The notes below the pieces were generated by a model. The model saw only the letters and a program-made list of their open reading frames with translations, was not told the origin of the DNA and ran no database searches. From assembly GCF_006345805.1 (NCBI RefSeq), contig NC_043004.1, forward strand, positions 55,800,001 to 55,864,000: 64,000 bases of DNA. Direction: 5' to 3'. Of this stretch, positions 1 through 12,874 are shown piece by piece. How positions within the stretch are numbered: position 1 is the stretch's first letter; each line of letters begins with the position of its first letter. This DNA comes from Octopus sinensis (lineage: Eukaryota). The position numbers and the translations under genes were made by a program.

Positions 1-2020
1 CAGTGCCCTGTGGGACACCGCTTGTTATTTGCGTTTCCTTGGAGGTGGCTCCATTGCTCACAACTGCCTGTTTTCTGTCTTTTAGGAAGTTGTGCAGCCA
101 CTCTCCTAGTTTCCCGCCTATGCTGAGACCACGCAGTTTGTGACAGATCATACCATAGTCGACTTTATCAAAGGCTTTTGCAAAGTCGAGATATATTACA
201 TCCACATTTGAGCTATTTAGTAGCTGTTTCAACACCCAGTCATAGTGTTGCAGGAGCTGTGTTAGGCAGCCTCTACCTGGTCGAAATCCATGCTGGGTGT
301 CAGACAGCAAGTCATTTTCTTCAAGGAACATGATTAGTTTCTTACGGACTATTCGTTCCATGACTTTGCTGATGTGTGAGGTCAGAGAGATAGGCCTATA
401 ATTTTTAGCATCTGCTCTGCTACCTCCCTTATGGATAGGGCATATTACCCCCTCTTTCAATTTGACTGGGAGCTTACCACTTGCAAGAAAGCTCTGAAAA
501 AGAAGCTGTAGCGGTTTTGCAAGGGCTCGTTTGCACGATTTGAGAAGGATCGCTGGGAATCCATCAGGTCCAGCAGCTGAGTTTGTGTCAATCTCATCAA
601 TGGCTAGTGTGATATCATCATCTTCGATGTTGATGTACTCAATTTTTGTCTCTTTGGCCGCAGGTAAAGTGGCAAAGAATTCTTCTGGGTTGTTTACTTG
701 CCTGTGTCCTAGAGGTGTAGTGAACACACTTTGGAACTGTTCGTTCAGTATTTCACTTATCCTCGTGGGATTTCCTGTGAGAGAGCCATCTTTTTGGAAG
801 AGAGGTCCTATTCTCTGGTGCACTGTGGCTGTCTCTTTGGCAAACTTAAAGAAAGCTTTAGGGTTTGATTTTCTATTTTCTATTACCCAAGCTTCTTTAT
901 CTGCTCTCTCCTTTTCATGGGACTGATGTAGACTTTTCTCAGTTTCCATTAGCATTCTTTCGAGCCGAGACTTCTCACCACTTTTGGTGTGCTTGCTCAG
1001 GCGGTTTGCAATCCTTGTCCGTCGTCTCATAAGAATCCTCCTTTCTCTAGGGATCCTGTTTTCGTTCTTGTGTGTGCTGGCCCTGCATACTGGGACATAT
1101 TTGTCACATATGGCTTGTATTATGGACATGAAGTGTTTGTGTTTCATGTTTATGTCCGGTGTGGAGAGACATTCAGGCCAATCCTTTTTGAGGATCTCTT
1201 TCTCAATCAACTTCCAGTTGGCTTTATGAAAGTTTAAGTTGGAGAGATGGTGGGTGCTTCGTATAGGCTGTGTGTCTGCGGGGGCTTTTGTTCCATACAT
1301 AGACAGCTCTATTATGTTGTGATCCGAGATCATTGTCGGCATCACATTAACATTATGGATAATATCCATATTGTTTGTGAAGCAGAGATCCAGTATATTA
1401 TCTGCCCTTGTTGGTTGCAGAACTATTTGCTCCATGAAAGAGGCATTTGTGAGATGGAGCAGGGACTCCACCTGTGCCTGCTGATGGTGTGTCATCCCTG
1501 GGAGCATCTGCCCCCCAGGCCATTCCACATTGGGGAGGTTAAAGTCACCCATGAAGAATACACTGTTGTGCTGTTCAAGGTTGGTGAGGACTTCTCCTAT
1601 TTTTGTTAGGCAGTCTTCAAACATGCCTGAGTGTTTTGGGGCATCTGGTGGGTGATATGTAGTGCATATGACGATATTCAGTTGTCTTATGTGTACAATT
1701 TGAGTTTCACATACTGAGTTTGAATATGACAGCAGGACCTGGGGCGTGAGGTCATCTCGGATGTACATTGCAACTCCACCATGGCTCCTCCCTTTTCTAT
1801 CTGTGCGTATGACTGCATATTGCGGCATGTGTATTTCTGCATCACCTATATCGGGTTCAAGATGCGTTTCAGTGAGTGCCATGCATATAGCTTGATTGCA
1901 TGTCACAAGGTCTCTCAGGAATGAAATTTTCTTTTTACAGTTTCCGCGCAGCAGCCCTCCTACATTCAGTAGAAATATTTTTGTGGTGTGTGTGTTGGTG
2001 TTGGTGTCTGTGGTGGCCAT
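1..2020 (-). CDS. CR1-clade LINE ORF2 (AP endonuclease + reverse transcriptase), open to the window edge
   Basis: Manual translation from ATG 2020 to position 1 has no stop or frameshift: IFLLNVGGL, ALTETHL, MGDFNLP, DNILDL, SDH (APE); GPDG, NYRPISLTS, QHGFRPGRGC, DVIYLDFAKAFDKV, SGVPQGT (RT). Confidence 0.93.
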   Translation of the reverse strand, partial: MATTDTNTNTHTTKIFLLNVGGLLRGNCKKKISFLRDLVTCNQAICMALTETHLEPDIGDAEIHMPQYAVIRTDRKGRSHGGVAMYIRDDLTPQVLLSYSNSVCETQIVHIRQLNIVICTTYHPPDAPKHSGMFEDCLTKIGEVLTNLEQHNSVFFMGDFNLPNVEWPGGQMLPGMTHHQQAQVESLLHLTNASFMEQIVLQPTRADNILDLCFTNNMDIIHNVNVMPTMISDHNIIELSMYGTKAPADTQPIRSTHHLSNLNFHKANWKLIEKEILKKDWPECLSTPDINMKHKHFMSIIQAICDKYVPVCRASTHKNENRIPRERRILMRRRTRIANRLSKHTKSGEKSRLERMLMETEKSLHQSHEKERADKEAWVIENRKSNPKAFFKFAKETATVHQRIGPLFQKDGSLTGNPTRISEILNEQFQSVFTTPLGHRQVNNPEEFFATLPAAKETKIEYINIEDDDITLAIDEIDTNSAAGPDGFPAILLKSCKRALAKPLQLLFQSFLASGKLPVKLKEGVICPIHKGGSRADAKNYRPISLTSHISKVMERIVRKKLIMFLEENDLLSDTQHGFRPGRGCLTQLLQHYDWVLKQLLNSSNVDVIYLDFAKAFDKVDYGMICHKLRGLSIGGKLGEWLHNFLKDRKQAVVSNGATSKETQITSGVPQGT

Positions 2021-2190
2021 CCTGCATCTGTTGGAGGTGGCTTTATGTGGTGGTAGTTCCAGCTTTGTGCTTGTAGCCAGGTCAGCTGCTGAATAATTTT
2101 TTGTGCCATGCACAAAAAAGATTGCTGTTCAGCTGCCGCCCTTCTCACATCTGGGTGAAGCTGGCCACCTGTTGGGTTTCCGCGCACCAC
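1..2190 (-). mobile_element. 5'-truncated CR1-clade LINE, sense to WASHC5, in intron 3
   Basis: ORF2 as above, plus an overlapping short upstream ORF (1966-2190, possible ORF1 C-terminus); the 5' end abuts a TA microsatellite. Confidence 0.88.
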
Positions 2191-2239
2191 ATATATAAAA
2201 TGTATATATATATATATATAAATAATGTGTGTGTGTGTA

Positions 2240-2281
<42 letters not shown>

Positions 2282-2301
2282 TATATATATATAATATATA
2301 T

Positions 2302-2665
2302 ATTGGGTTGGCAACTAAGATCCTGGGTTTTTTTTTAAATTTTGGAACTTATTGCATTTTAAAATTTTGGAATCTATTTTGTTCGAGAATTCTATTTTTG
2401 AATCATTTTGGAATCTATTTTGTTTTTTTACTAGTTAATTTTAGTTAATTTTGTTTATTTTCAGATTATTAAAATGGAAAAATGAGCATTTTTGACACCT
2501 TCTTTTTACTATTAATCAAAGTTCTAAGGCTGCAAAAGCTGCTCACGACATTTGTGCTGTGTATGGAGAGGGTGCCATAGCTGAAAGAACTGCTCGTGAT
2601 TGGTATGCCACGTTCAAAAATGGAAATTTTGACCTCAAATATGCACCTCGTTCTGGCAAAAATTG
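2302..2665 (+). mobile_element. Mariner fragment (TIR + transposase N-terminus)
   Basis: MENEHF...KAAKAAHDICAVYGEGAIAERTARDWYATFKNGNFDLKYAPRSG, a mariner helix-turn-helix region; truncated. Confidence 0.85.
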
Positions 2666-3721
2666 GAAGGGTAGAAGAAACAGGAAAAGAAGAAGATTTT
2701 TGTGGTACCCCAGAACAACTCCATCCCACCCAAGACCACTCAGACCCACCCACCCCATTTCCCCACAAGGAAAAAAGAAAAAGAAAGAACAGACATCACA
2801 CAATTTAGAAAACTCCACCCCGGTGAAAAAGGTTACGAATGCATGATGGAGAGAATGATGTCACTGAGTGATGGAGAAAGGGGAAAAAGGATTAGACTGA
2901 AGGAGAAAAGGACATATTTTAATTGGTTTTTCCTGTTCATTTTCATGTGTCATTCATTATAGCATATTTTATTTTTATATTTTTAATTGTGGATGTGGTA
3001 GATGGAAACTGAAAGAAGCCCATTGTGTACATATATATATATATATATATATGTATGTATTTATGTGTGTGTGTGTCTGTGTTTGTCCCCCCACCATTGC
3101 TTGGCAACCGATGTTGCTGCGTTTACATCTCCATAGCTTAGTGGTTCAGCAAAAGACACTGATAGATTAGATACTAGGCTTATAAAGAATAAGTCCTGGG
3201 GTTGATTTGTTCGACTAAAGTTAGTGCTCCAGTATGGATGCAGTCAAACAACTGAAACAAGTAAAATAATAAAAGAATGTATTATTTATTATTTTATGAT
3301 GATGACCTTTGACATGGTTGAATGACCACTCCAAACCAGTTGGGATTCGTAGTATGGGTTGTCCTATTTATCCTTTCAATTGCTGAATACAAAATGTGGC
3401 TCATGAGAGCTCTGTTAGGGTAATTTTTCCTGAGTTACAATCCCACTCTTGTACACCAATCCGTGTATAAACATACATAGAGACAGTATAAACATACATA
3501 CATTTCGGCTCAGTAATTAGCTGACCAAATGCCTTGTTAGTGTCCTAAGAAAGACAAGCGATAATAAATGTATCTTAGCTTGGCTAAATGATCTGTCACT
3601 GTTTCTGTACAATTCAGACATAGTGTAAGAACCATAGTAGGGAGATAGAGAAACAGGGAAATAGAAAGACACTTCTATTTATACTAGTTGATGGCATGAA
3701 GACAAGAATAATAGTACTTAC

Positions 3722-3806
3722 CAGTAACTGTTTACCATCTTCATTCAGTAATACACTCTCCAATGTCTGCTGGGTGTACACCCCTTCTTCGAGCTCTTCC
3801 AGAAAT
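3722..3806 (-). CDS. WASHC5: Strumpellin coding exon 3 ([29 protein letters not shown])
   Basis: Acceptor ttctcctcag, 85 nt starting in phase 2, donor CTG|GTAAGT; matches human [28 protein letters not shown]. The next exon was not found in 1-3721, so the gene leaves the window. Confidence 0.96.
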
Positions 3807-3934
3807 CTGAGGAGAATATGAGAGACGATATTTTAGAAACAAGTTCATAATGAACATTCCAGAAGATGTTGGTAATAAAAGTGTACAGTTTGTAAAAAGC
3901 TGACGAAAAAAAAAAAGTGGTATTAACGTAGGGA

Positions 3935-4262
3935 TGAGGTGCATTCAAAAAGTATCCAATTGTATTTTTTCTGCCAAAACTAATGCTGTGTCAGCAAAAT
4001 TTTTTGTGTGGGAGACGATGCCACTCTTCCCGTGCATGCAAAACTTGATGCAATATCTTGGTTAAAATGAAAATCCAGTGAATGTACACTACATGTCTGT
4101 ACTCATGGTGTAGTAGCTGGGAACTAAAGCAGCCTACTAGCACAAAAATTTCTATACACATGCAGAAAAGGTGGTGTCACCTCCCACCCAAAGGATTTTG
4201 CCCACATGACATTAGTTTTGGCAGGAAAAAATAAAGTAGGATACTTTTTGAATGCACCTTGT
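3935..4262. mobile_element. Tc1/mariner-type MITE
   Basis: Terminal inverted repeats gaggtgcattcaaaaagtatcc / ggatactttttgaatgcacctt. Confidence 0.7.
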
Positions 4263-4725
4263 GTGATAGTACATGTGTGAGTGTATATATCTATATATAT
4301 AAAACAACTTGTATGTCTGTGTGTGCATCTGTGTGTGTGTGTTTTTAACTTCTTGGCACATCTCCTCCTAGCCAACAAATCGTAGAACCACCAAAAATGG
4401 GTCACTTAAAGTTTAGGCAAATGAAAATTGAACTGCGCTATTCTGTTCCGAAATTCATCTCGCAAGTGCAAAAATCGATAATGTGTTTGTTTAGGCCTTA
4501 TCCCATGCATTGAATAGTGAACTTTAGTCAGTCAGCTGTTTGACGTGAACAGTGTTCACCACGCGTGCAAGCATGCATAAATTGCATGAAAAATAAAAAA
4601 TCAAGATATAAAAACGAATCGCCATAAACATTGTAGAAATTCAGCAAAGAAATGAATTTTCGGGATGTAGCCTGGAGGGATTTTTCGTATTAATATATAT
4701 ATGTATCATCATATATATATGTATG

Positions 4726-4803
<78 letters not shown>

Positions 4804-4836
4804 AACCCGTGCTAGCGCGGAAAACGGACGTTAAAC

Positions 4837-4919
<83 letters not shown>

Positions 4920-5189
4920 GAGAGTATGATAGAAGAAGGCTAACTCTTCCTTCCGTAGAAGAAAATGTTCAAATTGGACCATGTTAACACCAAAAATTAT
5001 TTACATAAAAAAGGTGCCTTTTTTCTATGGAAATCCCTATTTTTTATGATGTTTTGACTGCTGTGTCACCATTTTTCGGTGTATTTCACTTAAAGAGAAT
5101 AACAAGCTACATACTGCCAAATTTTTACTTTTCAAAAATTCCAATTCTAAAGGGTCTAAACAAACCGCAACGCCGGGCGATACTGCTAG
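4920..5189 (+). mobile_element. Helitron 3' fragment
   Basis: Ends gcaacgccgggcgatactgCTAG-T; similar to 11225-11480. Confidence 0.7.
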
Positions 5190-5220
<31 letters not shown>

Positions 5221-7205
5221 TAATAAAAGTGAAATTCAGTCTATATTGCTCTACATACACATATACCATTCTGGAACCAGGATGATCCCAGGATTGAAAA
5301 TCTGATCTTCATTTGGTTCTTGAACACCCAGCATTGGGATTTGATTTAAAAGCATTTGGGTTGCTATTTCTAGCAGGTAAAGCTTGGCTGATTCATGCTA
5401 TCTTGTTTGGCATTTGTCAGATGACATGAGAGATCAAGGGGGAGACAAGTGACATTCACTTCATTAATTTTACATCAAGATAAGAACTTTGGGACAAATT
5501 GGCCAACAGTTGAAATTCTAATTGGAACAATAGAACGATTGCATTACAGAATTAATTCTTATCTGTCCTTAACTTCTGATCAAACACCACTGGGACATAT
5601 AGTCATTGCAGACGTATTATAGTCATGCCATTTCACACTAATTAGTTTTGGGTCACAAACCCAATTAGCCCTCTGTAAAGAGTGCAGCTTTTAATCTAGT
5701 GTATATCAAAAGTAAAAGGAAAAAATGCTTTGAGAACCTTATCATGAAGAAAAGAAAGAAAAGTGTTTTGATTTTCATCAGGATATGCTACCATTTTCAG
5801 TTGTTTTAAGTCAATTTAGTCATGCTGTGAGATAAAGGAAAATCATTAAAGTAAATTAATCTTTCATTGCTATTCTCAATCCGTTGCCAAACAACCATGT
5901 GACATACAGAATGTATTACAGAAAAACAAAGATTAAAATATTCAGTAACAAATTGTATATCAGCAAGTTGCAAAACAAACTTATGTTAATAATGTATATA
6001 TGGTATGTTATTAAGGTGGTGAGCTAGCAGAATCATTAGCAATCCAGGTGAAATGCTTAGCGGCATTTCATCTGTCTTCAAGTTTTGAGTTCAAATTCTT
6101 CCAAGCTTGCCTTTGCCTTTCATCCTTTTGGGGTCGACAAAATAAGTACCAGTTGAGTACTGGGGTTGATGCAACTGGCTTACCCCAACCCCTGAAATTG
6201 CTGGCCTTGAGCCAAAATTCAAAACTAATAATGTATATGCGTATGTTCTTATAAACCATTAATACAATTCACAAATCCATTAGTGAGACGATAAAACAGC
6301 CAATATGTCATCATGCACTCAACATGCTAGAAATAGCAGTAAAATCTCTCACATCATATCTGTTAGTTTCTATTTAAAAAACACAACGACACTCTTACAA
6401 TGCACTCAACATTTCATATTCTCCTGTCTCCACTCACTTTTATTGGCCACATATCCTGAAGGTCAGTTCTGCACCCCATCACCACTATTTATATCCCTTT
6501 CCAGCTCCATCCTGGCCACTCATTCTATCTCTTCTATAATGTAAGTAACTATGTCGCTCCTCTATACCAAGAAACTTGTTCTGTCCTGCCTTCTTTTCTA
6601 AGAATTTAACCCCTTCATGTCACAGAATAAAGCCAGTTCTCTTTCTACTGAAGTATTACTACATCAAAAGGAATCTCAGTCTTACAGGATGTATGACAAC
6701 CTCACTGGTGCAGGTGCCATGAAAAACTGCACTCAGTACATTTGTAAAATGGTTGGAATTAGGATGGGCATCCAGCTGTAGAAACCATACTGTCAAAGCA
6801 GAGGTTGGAGTATGATGCAATCCTTGGACTAGTTGGATCCTGTAAAATCAACCAATCAATAGTATGGAATATGGCTGTTAACACTTTAAGTATTTAATCT
6901 GGCCATATCCAGCAAAAATATTCTACTTGTTTTATGTTCAAATGGGCCAGATCTAGCCTCTCACACCAACCCTACAATGTCATTCTAAAAACACATAATC
7001 ACATCACTGAAATTTCAAAGCTATGAGATAATGCATGACCAATTCAAAACAATGTGAATGAATAAGAATTACTTAGGAGAGAATTATGTGAATGCTAAAG
7101 AATTAAATAAAGATGATGATAGTATACATACATACATACATACATACATACATACATACAGACAGACAGAAGAAAGAATCAATTGAAATCTTTCAGTCAT
7201 GTGAC

Positions 7206-7630
7206 TATCTTATTTCTTTACTGCCCACAAGGGGCTACACACAAAGGGGACAAACAAGGACAGACAAACGGATTAAGTTGATTATATCGACTGCAGTGCA
7301 TAACTGGTACTTATTTAATTGATCCTGAAAGGATGAAAGGCAAAGTTGACCTTGGCAGAATTTGAACTCAGAACGTATAGCGGCAAATGAAATACCTATT
7401 TCTTTACTACCCACAAGGGGCTAAACACAGAGAAGACAAACAAGGACAGACAAATGGATTAAGTTGATTACATCGACCCCAGTGCGTAACTGGTACTTAA
7501 TTTATCGACCTCAAATGGATGATAGGCAAAGTTGACCTCGGCGGAATTTGAACTCAGAACGTAGCGGCAGATGAAATACTGCTAAGCATTTTGCCCGGCA
7601 TGCTAACGTTTCTGCCAGCTCGCCGCCTTA
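7206..7630 (-). mobile_element. tRNA-SINE family B, partial tandem
   Basis: Core ctttcatcctttcggggtcgataaattaagtacc consensus; other copies at about 6013-6215, 21905-22120, 33825-34060, 36815-37030, 37858-38092, 46400-46600, 53605-53835. Confidence 0.8.
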
Positions 7631-8016
7631 TTTTATTTGATTTTTTTTGTAATAGATAGTCATGTGACTATCTATTACATGGCAATCATCTATTTCAAAA
7701 GATCCCTGAAGTAACAAAAATAACCATCAGTTCTGAGTGATATTGAACTCAGTACTAGGAGGTTGCAGTAACAGTTTGATCTCTTTATATTTAGATTCAT
7801 TTTGGTATAATTTCACAATGGATTGAAGAGAAATTACTGTTGAAAAATAAAACCATGAAAGATCAGTTGTTGATAAATTTAAAAATAAACAGAGGAGATA
7901 AATAACGTGCAAAAACAACAGTAAATAATTGAATTATTCTAGTGATTAGAGTAAGTTCTGGCTGACTGATCAATTCTTACAAAGAGCATATCACAACATG
8001 CTAAAATATATTATAC

Positions 8017-8410
8017 TAGCAGTATCGCCCGGCGTTGCTCGGGTTTGTAAAGGAAATAACTATATAAGCATTTTTAGAGAGTTATAGCCAAAAAATAGCA
8101 AAAAATGCATTAAAAATGGAAAAAAAATTATGGTAAATTTTTTTAAAATCGTTGACTCATCGTAGACATTTTTAGAGAGTTACTTCCCTTATATAATAGC
8201 GAAAAAATGCATTAAAATGGATAAAAATGATGGTAAATTTTTTTTAAATCGTAGACTCATTGTAGACGCGCGCTAATACCCAGATGGGCTCGATATGAAT
8301 CACGACTATAAGATACCCAGTTTTGGTTAAACTGCACTGCAAAATGTGGGAGTAATTAGGAATCTAAATCGTAGGAGACAGACACACAACTTTACTTTTA
8401 TATATAAAGA
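8017..8410 (-). mobile_element. Non-autonomous Helitron (about 390 bp)
   Basis: Minus strand starts A|TCTTTATATATAAAAG and ends with a subterminal hairpin + CTAG|T; second copy at 48305-48705. Confidence 0.8.
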
Positions 8411-9955
8411 TTTAGACATACATACGCATACACAAATATACAATTACATACACATATAATACCCACATACATATAATTACATACAAATACTCACACACAC
8501 ATATGCAATTACATACAAACAAATACACACACATGCATATATAGAATTGCATATATAATACTTCATGCACACATATACAACTACATACACAAATAAATGC
8601 ACACAAGCATGCACGCACACACACACACACACACATGTGCAGGGATATAATAACAGAAATTTAATTGAAAGAAAAGTCTTTCAAAACACAATTTGGAAAG
8701 AATCCACAAAAAACCCCCACAAAATCTGGAAAACAAACATAGACTATTTTTCTTTCCAACATGTCATATCTTTATATCTATGTATTAATCTCTTTCAATG
8801 CATGGCTGTGTAGTTAGGAAGTTTACTACCCAACAACACAGCTTCAATGAAAGGCACTATGGACAAATGTCTTCTAATATAGCCCAAGGCAGACCAAAGA
8901 CTGGTGAGTGGATCTTGTAGATGGAAAAATGAAAGAAGCCCATCCTGCAACACACACACATACATTATGCATGGTTGGGTTGTTGGTGACTAAACTGACA
9001 ACACCATCAAGCTTATTGGTGAATAGAGCAGTGTTTAGACAGCCCATGGGATGAAACCCAAGACCCATGAAAGGGCAGCTGGACTCAGGAGGGTCAATTG
9101 CCATCCAGTGAAAACCACTGTGAGCGAGGGAACCCTAGCTATTGTCACAGCATTCTTCTAGGAGACAGATACTCTCATGTAAAACCTATAGTTTATGTGA
9201 TCACTGATTATCTCACTTCAGCCTGTCACCAGGTACTAATCGCAGAAACTCAAAGAGTGGTACTTGTGTTATACAAGACTTTATCACCATGCTCTTGGAC
9301 AGATGTCTCTAAATAGTGCCCTCATTTGTCATGCCATTTATTGAAAGTCAAGTCCTATGGCAATGGAAAAGTGGTGATATGTAAAGACTTAACTAGCTGT
9401 AAACACACAATTATAGATGTTTACATCTGCGAGTCATGGGTGGAAAGTTAATAAGACCATTGAAGAAGCAAAAAGTGGTAGCAATCAACTGTAAAGATTG
9501 AGCAATCACCAAAATTTCCTTCAAAGTTATTGTCTGAAAAAAATATAGTTTGAAAAACTGACAAACATGAACCATCTGCAAAGATGTCTTCATAAAATTC
9601 ATTTCAAAAGGATTCCTGTCAATTTGTTTTACAAAAAAAAAAAAAAAATTTTCAACGTCATTAATGATTTTTAAGAAAATCTTTATATATATGTATGTAT
9701 ACATACATATACTGTTTTATGGTCTCTAAAATATGTGTCTAATACAATTTCAAAGTTTGAGATGATTTACATTACAAAGTTGTACATCATTGCTCTTAAC
9801 TTCAGTATCAAATCGTGTGCAAAGATCTCTACTGGCGTGAGGCTGTTCAGAAATTTGGTTGGATAATTTACAACTGATCACATGACCTGACTATGTCTAT
9901 TGATTTGTAGCATCTTATTTCTTTAGGTAGCATGTCCAGCAAACTTTTGCAGGTA

Positions 9956-11480
9956 TCTTTTATATGACAGGTTTTGGAGCTAGGGTTTTTGGTCAAAGGA
10001 ACTAGTTGGAGGGTAAACTTGTCAGAGATGAATCTCTTATTATAAAAGGCAGATTTTATCTGCCTCCCTTTGGAAGTTATAGAAATCTACAATATAGGAT
10101 TTCTTCAATTACAATTTACCTAGCATTTTTAAGAGTAGAATGCATCGGGTCATGCCAGGTCCAGTTTTTAAAATTTAAACTCCAATTAAGCAAAATTTAC
10201 AGAAAACTCACATTCTGGTGTGTGTGTCAAATGCTTTTCTTAATGTGGTTTACACCACACGCACACGCACACACACAGTGTGCAACGAATAAAATGAAAG
10301 TAAATAGCGACAGAGTGATTTGAAGAAGACTAAACTGAAAGTATTTAAACCACTACTCAAAAAATAAAAAAACACAGCAAACAGAAACAAATAAATACAT
10401 AACGATTTACTCCTCACACAATTTCTTCAATTAGAGTGTACCCATGATTTTTCAGAGTACTTCAGTGGGTGATGCCATAAAAAATTTCTTTCAATTTTAC
10501 CACCAATTAAGACAAGATTCGAGAAAACTCAATATTTTAACATTTCACTCCGAAAGCATTGATGTACATGTGTGCGTGCGTGAGTGTGTGTGTGTGTGTT
10601 TGATGGGTTGTGCGACACAGAAAGTGTGGTGTGTAAGTGAAGTATTTTTGTTAGTGTGTGTAAAGAGACAGACAGAGTGAAAGACAGAAATAAGCGCGCG
10701 TAATTGAAAGTTTTCACTATGATATCATCACGTGCGAAAAAATTCGAAGGTTTTTGAACAATTGAGATACAGATGTCACGCCTGTATTGAAACCATTGCT
10801 AAGCTGTCGTAATTGCTTAATTAAGACTTTGTTTAAATTGAAAGGGGCAAATATGTGACGAGGTTGAAAAAAAATACCCCAGAAAAAAAAATGTACTGCT
10901 GGTATTTATATAATTCACTACTATTTTGCTACAATGTCATGAAAAAGAAAAAATTTAGGTATGTAAATCGAATTCGCCACCCCCTTTTCCCTGTTCGCGT
11001 TTGTGTAAAAAAAATTATTATTTAAGTTTTAAAAATTATTTACTTTGTTCAAAAAATATAAATATTAATTAATTTTCAAGAATTATTTAATTTTATTCTG
11101 TAAAATAGTAATTAATTCATTTATCTGTAAATCCGCAAGGTTGTTACTCAGGCACCTAGAATGGTAACCTTCAACTAACACTATCTCCTCTGAGACCCTG
11201 CGGCGCAAGTTGACCAAAATTGAGAGTATGGTAGAAGAAGGGTTGCTCTTCCTTCCGTAGAACATAAAATTCAAATTGGACCATGTTAACACCAAAAATT
11301 ATTTACATCAAAAAGATGCTTTTTTCTATGAAAATCCCTATTTTTTACGATTTTTTCACTGCTGTGTCGCCACTTTTCGGTGTATTTCGACCAGAAAAAT
11401 GTTCACAAAATTTTTACTTTTCAAAATTACAATTCCAGCGGGTCGAAACAAACCCGAGCAACGCCGGGCGATACTGCTAG
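9956..11480 (+). mobile_element. Probable 1.5-kb non-autonomous Helitron
   Basis: 3' end cccgagcaacgccgggcgatactgCTAG|T is clear; the 5' end A|TCTTTTATAT at 9956 is inferred. Confidence 0.55.
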
Positions 11481-12271
11481 TGTTAGATAAGACTCTAATA
11501 AGTAATTTCTATTTAATGCCTGTGATATGGCCAAATGACTCCTGAAATTTCATCAAGGAGTTCCTTACAATTAATATTATCCAAGGAAAGTAAGGGCTGA
11601 TACAACTTGGTATTAATATTGCAATGGGAGTTGCTGTCAGGATACTGTCTGGAACAAAGACTCTGAGGTATGTTTTCTAATGCTTTAAAAAGTTCTGCTA
11701 AACCGCTGCTCTAGACTCTTCATTGACTCCAACACACTGCCCAAAACTCTTTATTGACTCCTACTTCAAATCAATAAAAACTGAAGTTGACCTCAGCAGG
11801 ATTCCAACTTAGAGCACAGACAACTGGAAGAAATACCACAAGACACTGAATCCAATGGTCTAATGACACTGTCACCTTTTTACCTATATAAATGTGCGTG
11901 CCATCATCATCATTTAATGTCTGCTTTCCATGTTGGCCTGGGCCAGGCAGTTTGATTGGAAGTGGTAAGCTGGAGAGCAGTACCTGGTTCCAGTCTGATT
12001 TGGCATGGCTTCTATGGCTCGGTGCCTTTCCTAATGCCAGCCACACCAAGAGTGTAAGCTATAGATTTTTTATTTATGTATTATCTATGTGTGTGTGTGT
12101 GTGTGCATGGGTATATTTTGTGTGCCTGGCAATATATATACAAACAAGGCATCTGTCAGAAATTTTTTTTTTAATTTCCACTATAAGGAAATAAATAGTA
12201 AGAACATTGTGCATTTGTGCATGTACTTGTCTGTGTGTATGTCAGTGTGTATGTGCATGTGTGTGTGTGTG

Positions 12272-12316
<45 letters not shown>

Positions 12317-12522
12317 TGAAGTAGATAAATGAATTATCTTATTACGGATAATTCAAATGATAACCGATACCTGGGTAGCAAAAATCACAACAGAAAAAAC
12401 ACGGTTGAAGTTACGACCATGGGGCATAAAAACCGTGCCTTAGTGCGGAAATTTGAAGTTTTATATATTAAGTGTAGGAAGAAATGAAGCTGAACGAAGA
12501 TTTAACAAAATTCCTTTATATT

Positions 12523-12608
12523 ATTTTCTACATATGTTTCGAAGGCTGCAAAGTCCCTAATTCGGATTGAATAAGGAGTCCATTTTGCAGCTTTCTCTTC
12601 AGGAAAAT
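12523..12608 (-). ncRNA. Minimal type-I hammerhead ribozyme (left arm, sense to WASHC5 pre-mRNA)
   Basis: Mirror copy of 12717-12802 with one A-C mismatch in stem II. Confidence 0.75.
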
Positions 12609-12716
12609 CCAGGAACTTAATTCTCCAACAAAATGCACAACAAGCTTTTCGACAAAAGCTTGTGAGCGTTTGTCGAAAAGCTTGTTGTGCATTTTGTTGG
12701 AGAATTAAGTTCCTTG

Positions 12717-12802
12717 ATTTTCCTGAAGAGAAGGCTGCAAAATGGACTCCTTATTCAATCCGAATTAGGGACTTTGCAGCCTTCGAAACATATGTAGAAA
12801 AT
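12717..12802 (+). ncRNA. Minimal type-I hammerhead ribozyme (right arm of palindrome)
   Basis: Stem I ATTTTC(12717-22)/GAAAAT(12797-802); core CTGAAGA 12723-29; 12-bp stem II GAAGGCTGCAAA/TTTGCAGCCTTC; GAAA 12785-88; self-complementary stem III ACATATGT; GUA triplet with predicted cleavage after 12796. Confidence 0.8.
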
Positions 12803-12874
12803 AATATAAAGGAATTTTGTTAAATCTTCGTTCAGCTCCATTTCTTCCTACACTATATATATATATATATATAT

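Larger units (their letters stand above)
12471..12854. repeat. 384-bp near-perfect palindrome, probably Penelope-like pseudo-LTR derived
   Basis: Arms colinear without indels (paired coordinates sum to 25325), 4 mismatches seen, 4-nt loop TGTG at 12661-64; TA-rich flanks. Confidence 0.9.

Noticed and set aside
531-1609. Plus-strand ORFs of 81-131 aa
   Set aside because: Antisense shadows of the CR1 ORF2 on the minus strand.
4709-4909. Poly-His/YI ORF, and similar YIYI, THTH, CVCV and poly-N ORFs elsewhere
   Set aside because: Translations of (TA)n, (CA)n, (GAT)n and (AAT)n microsatellites.
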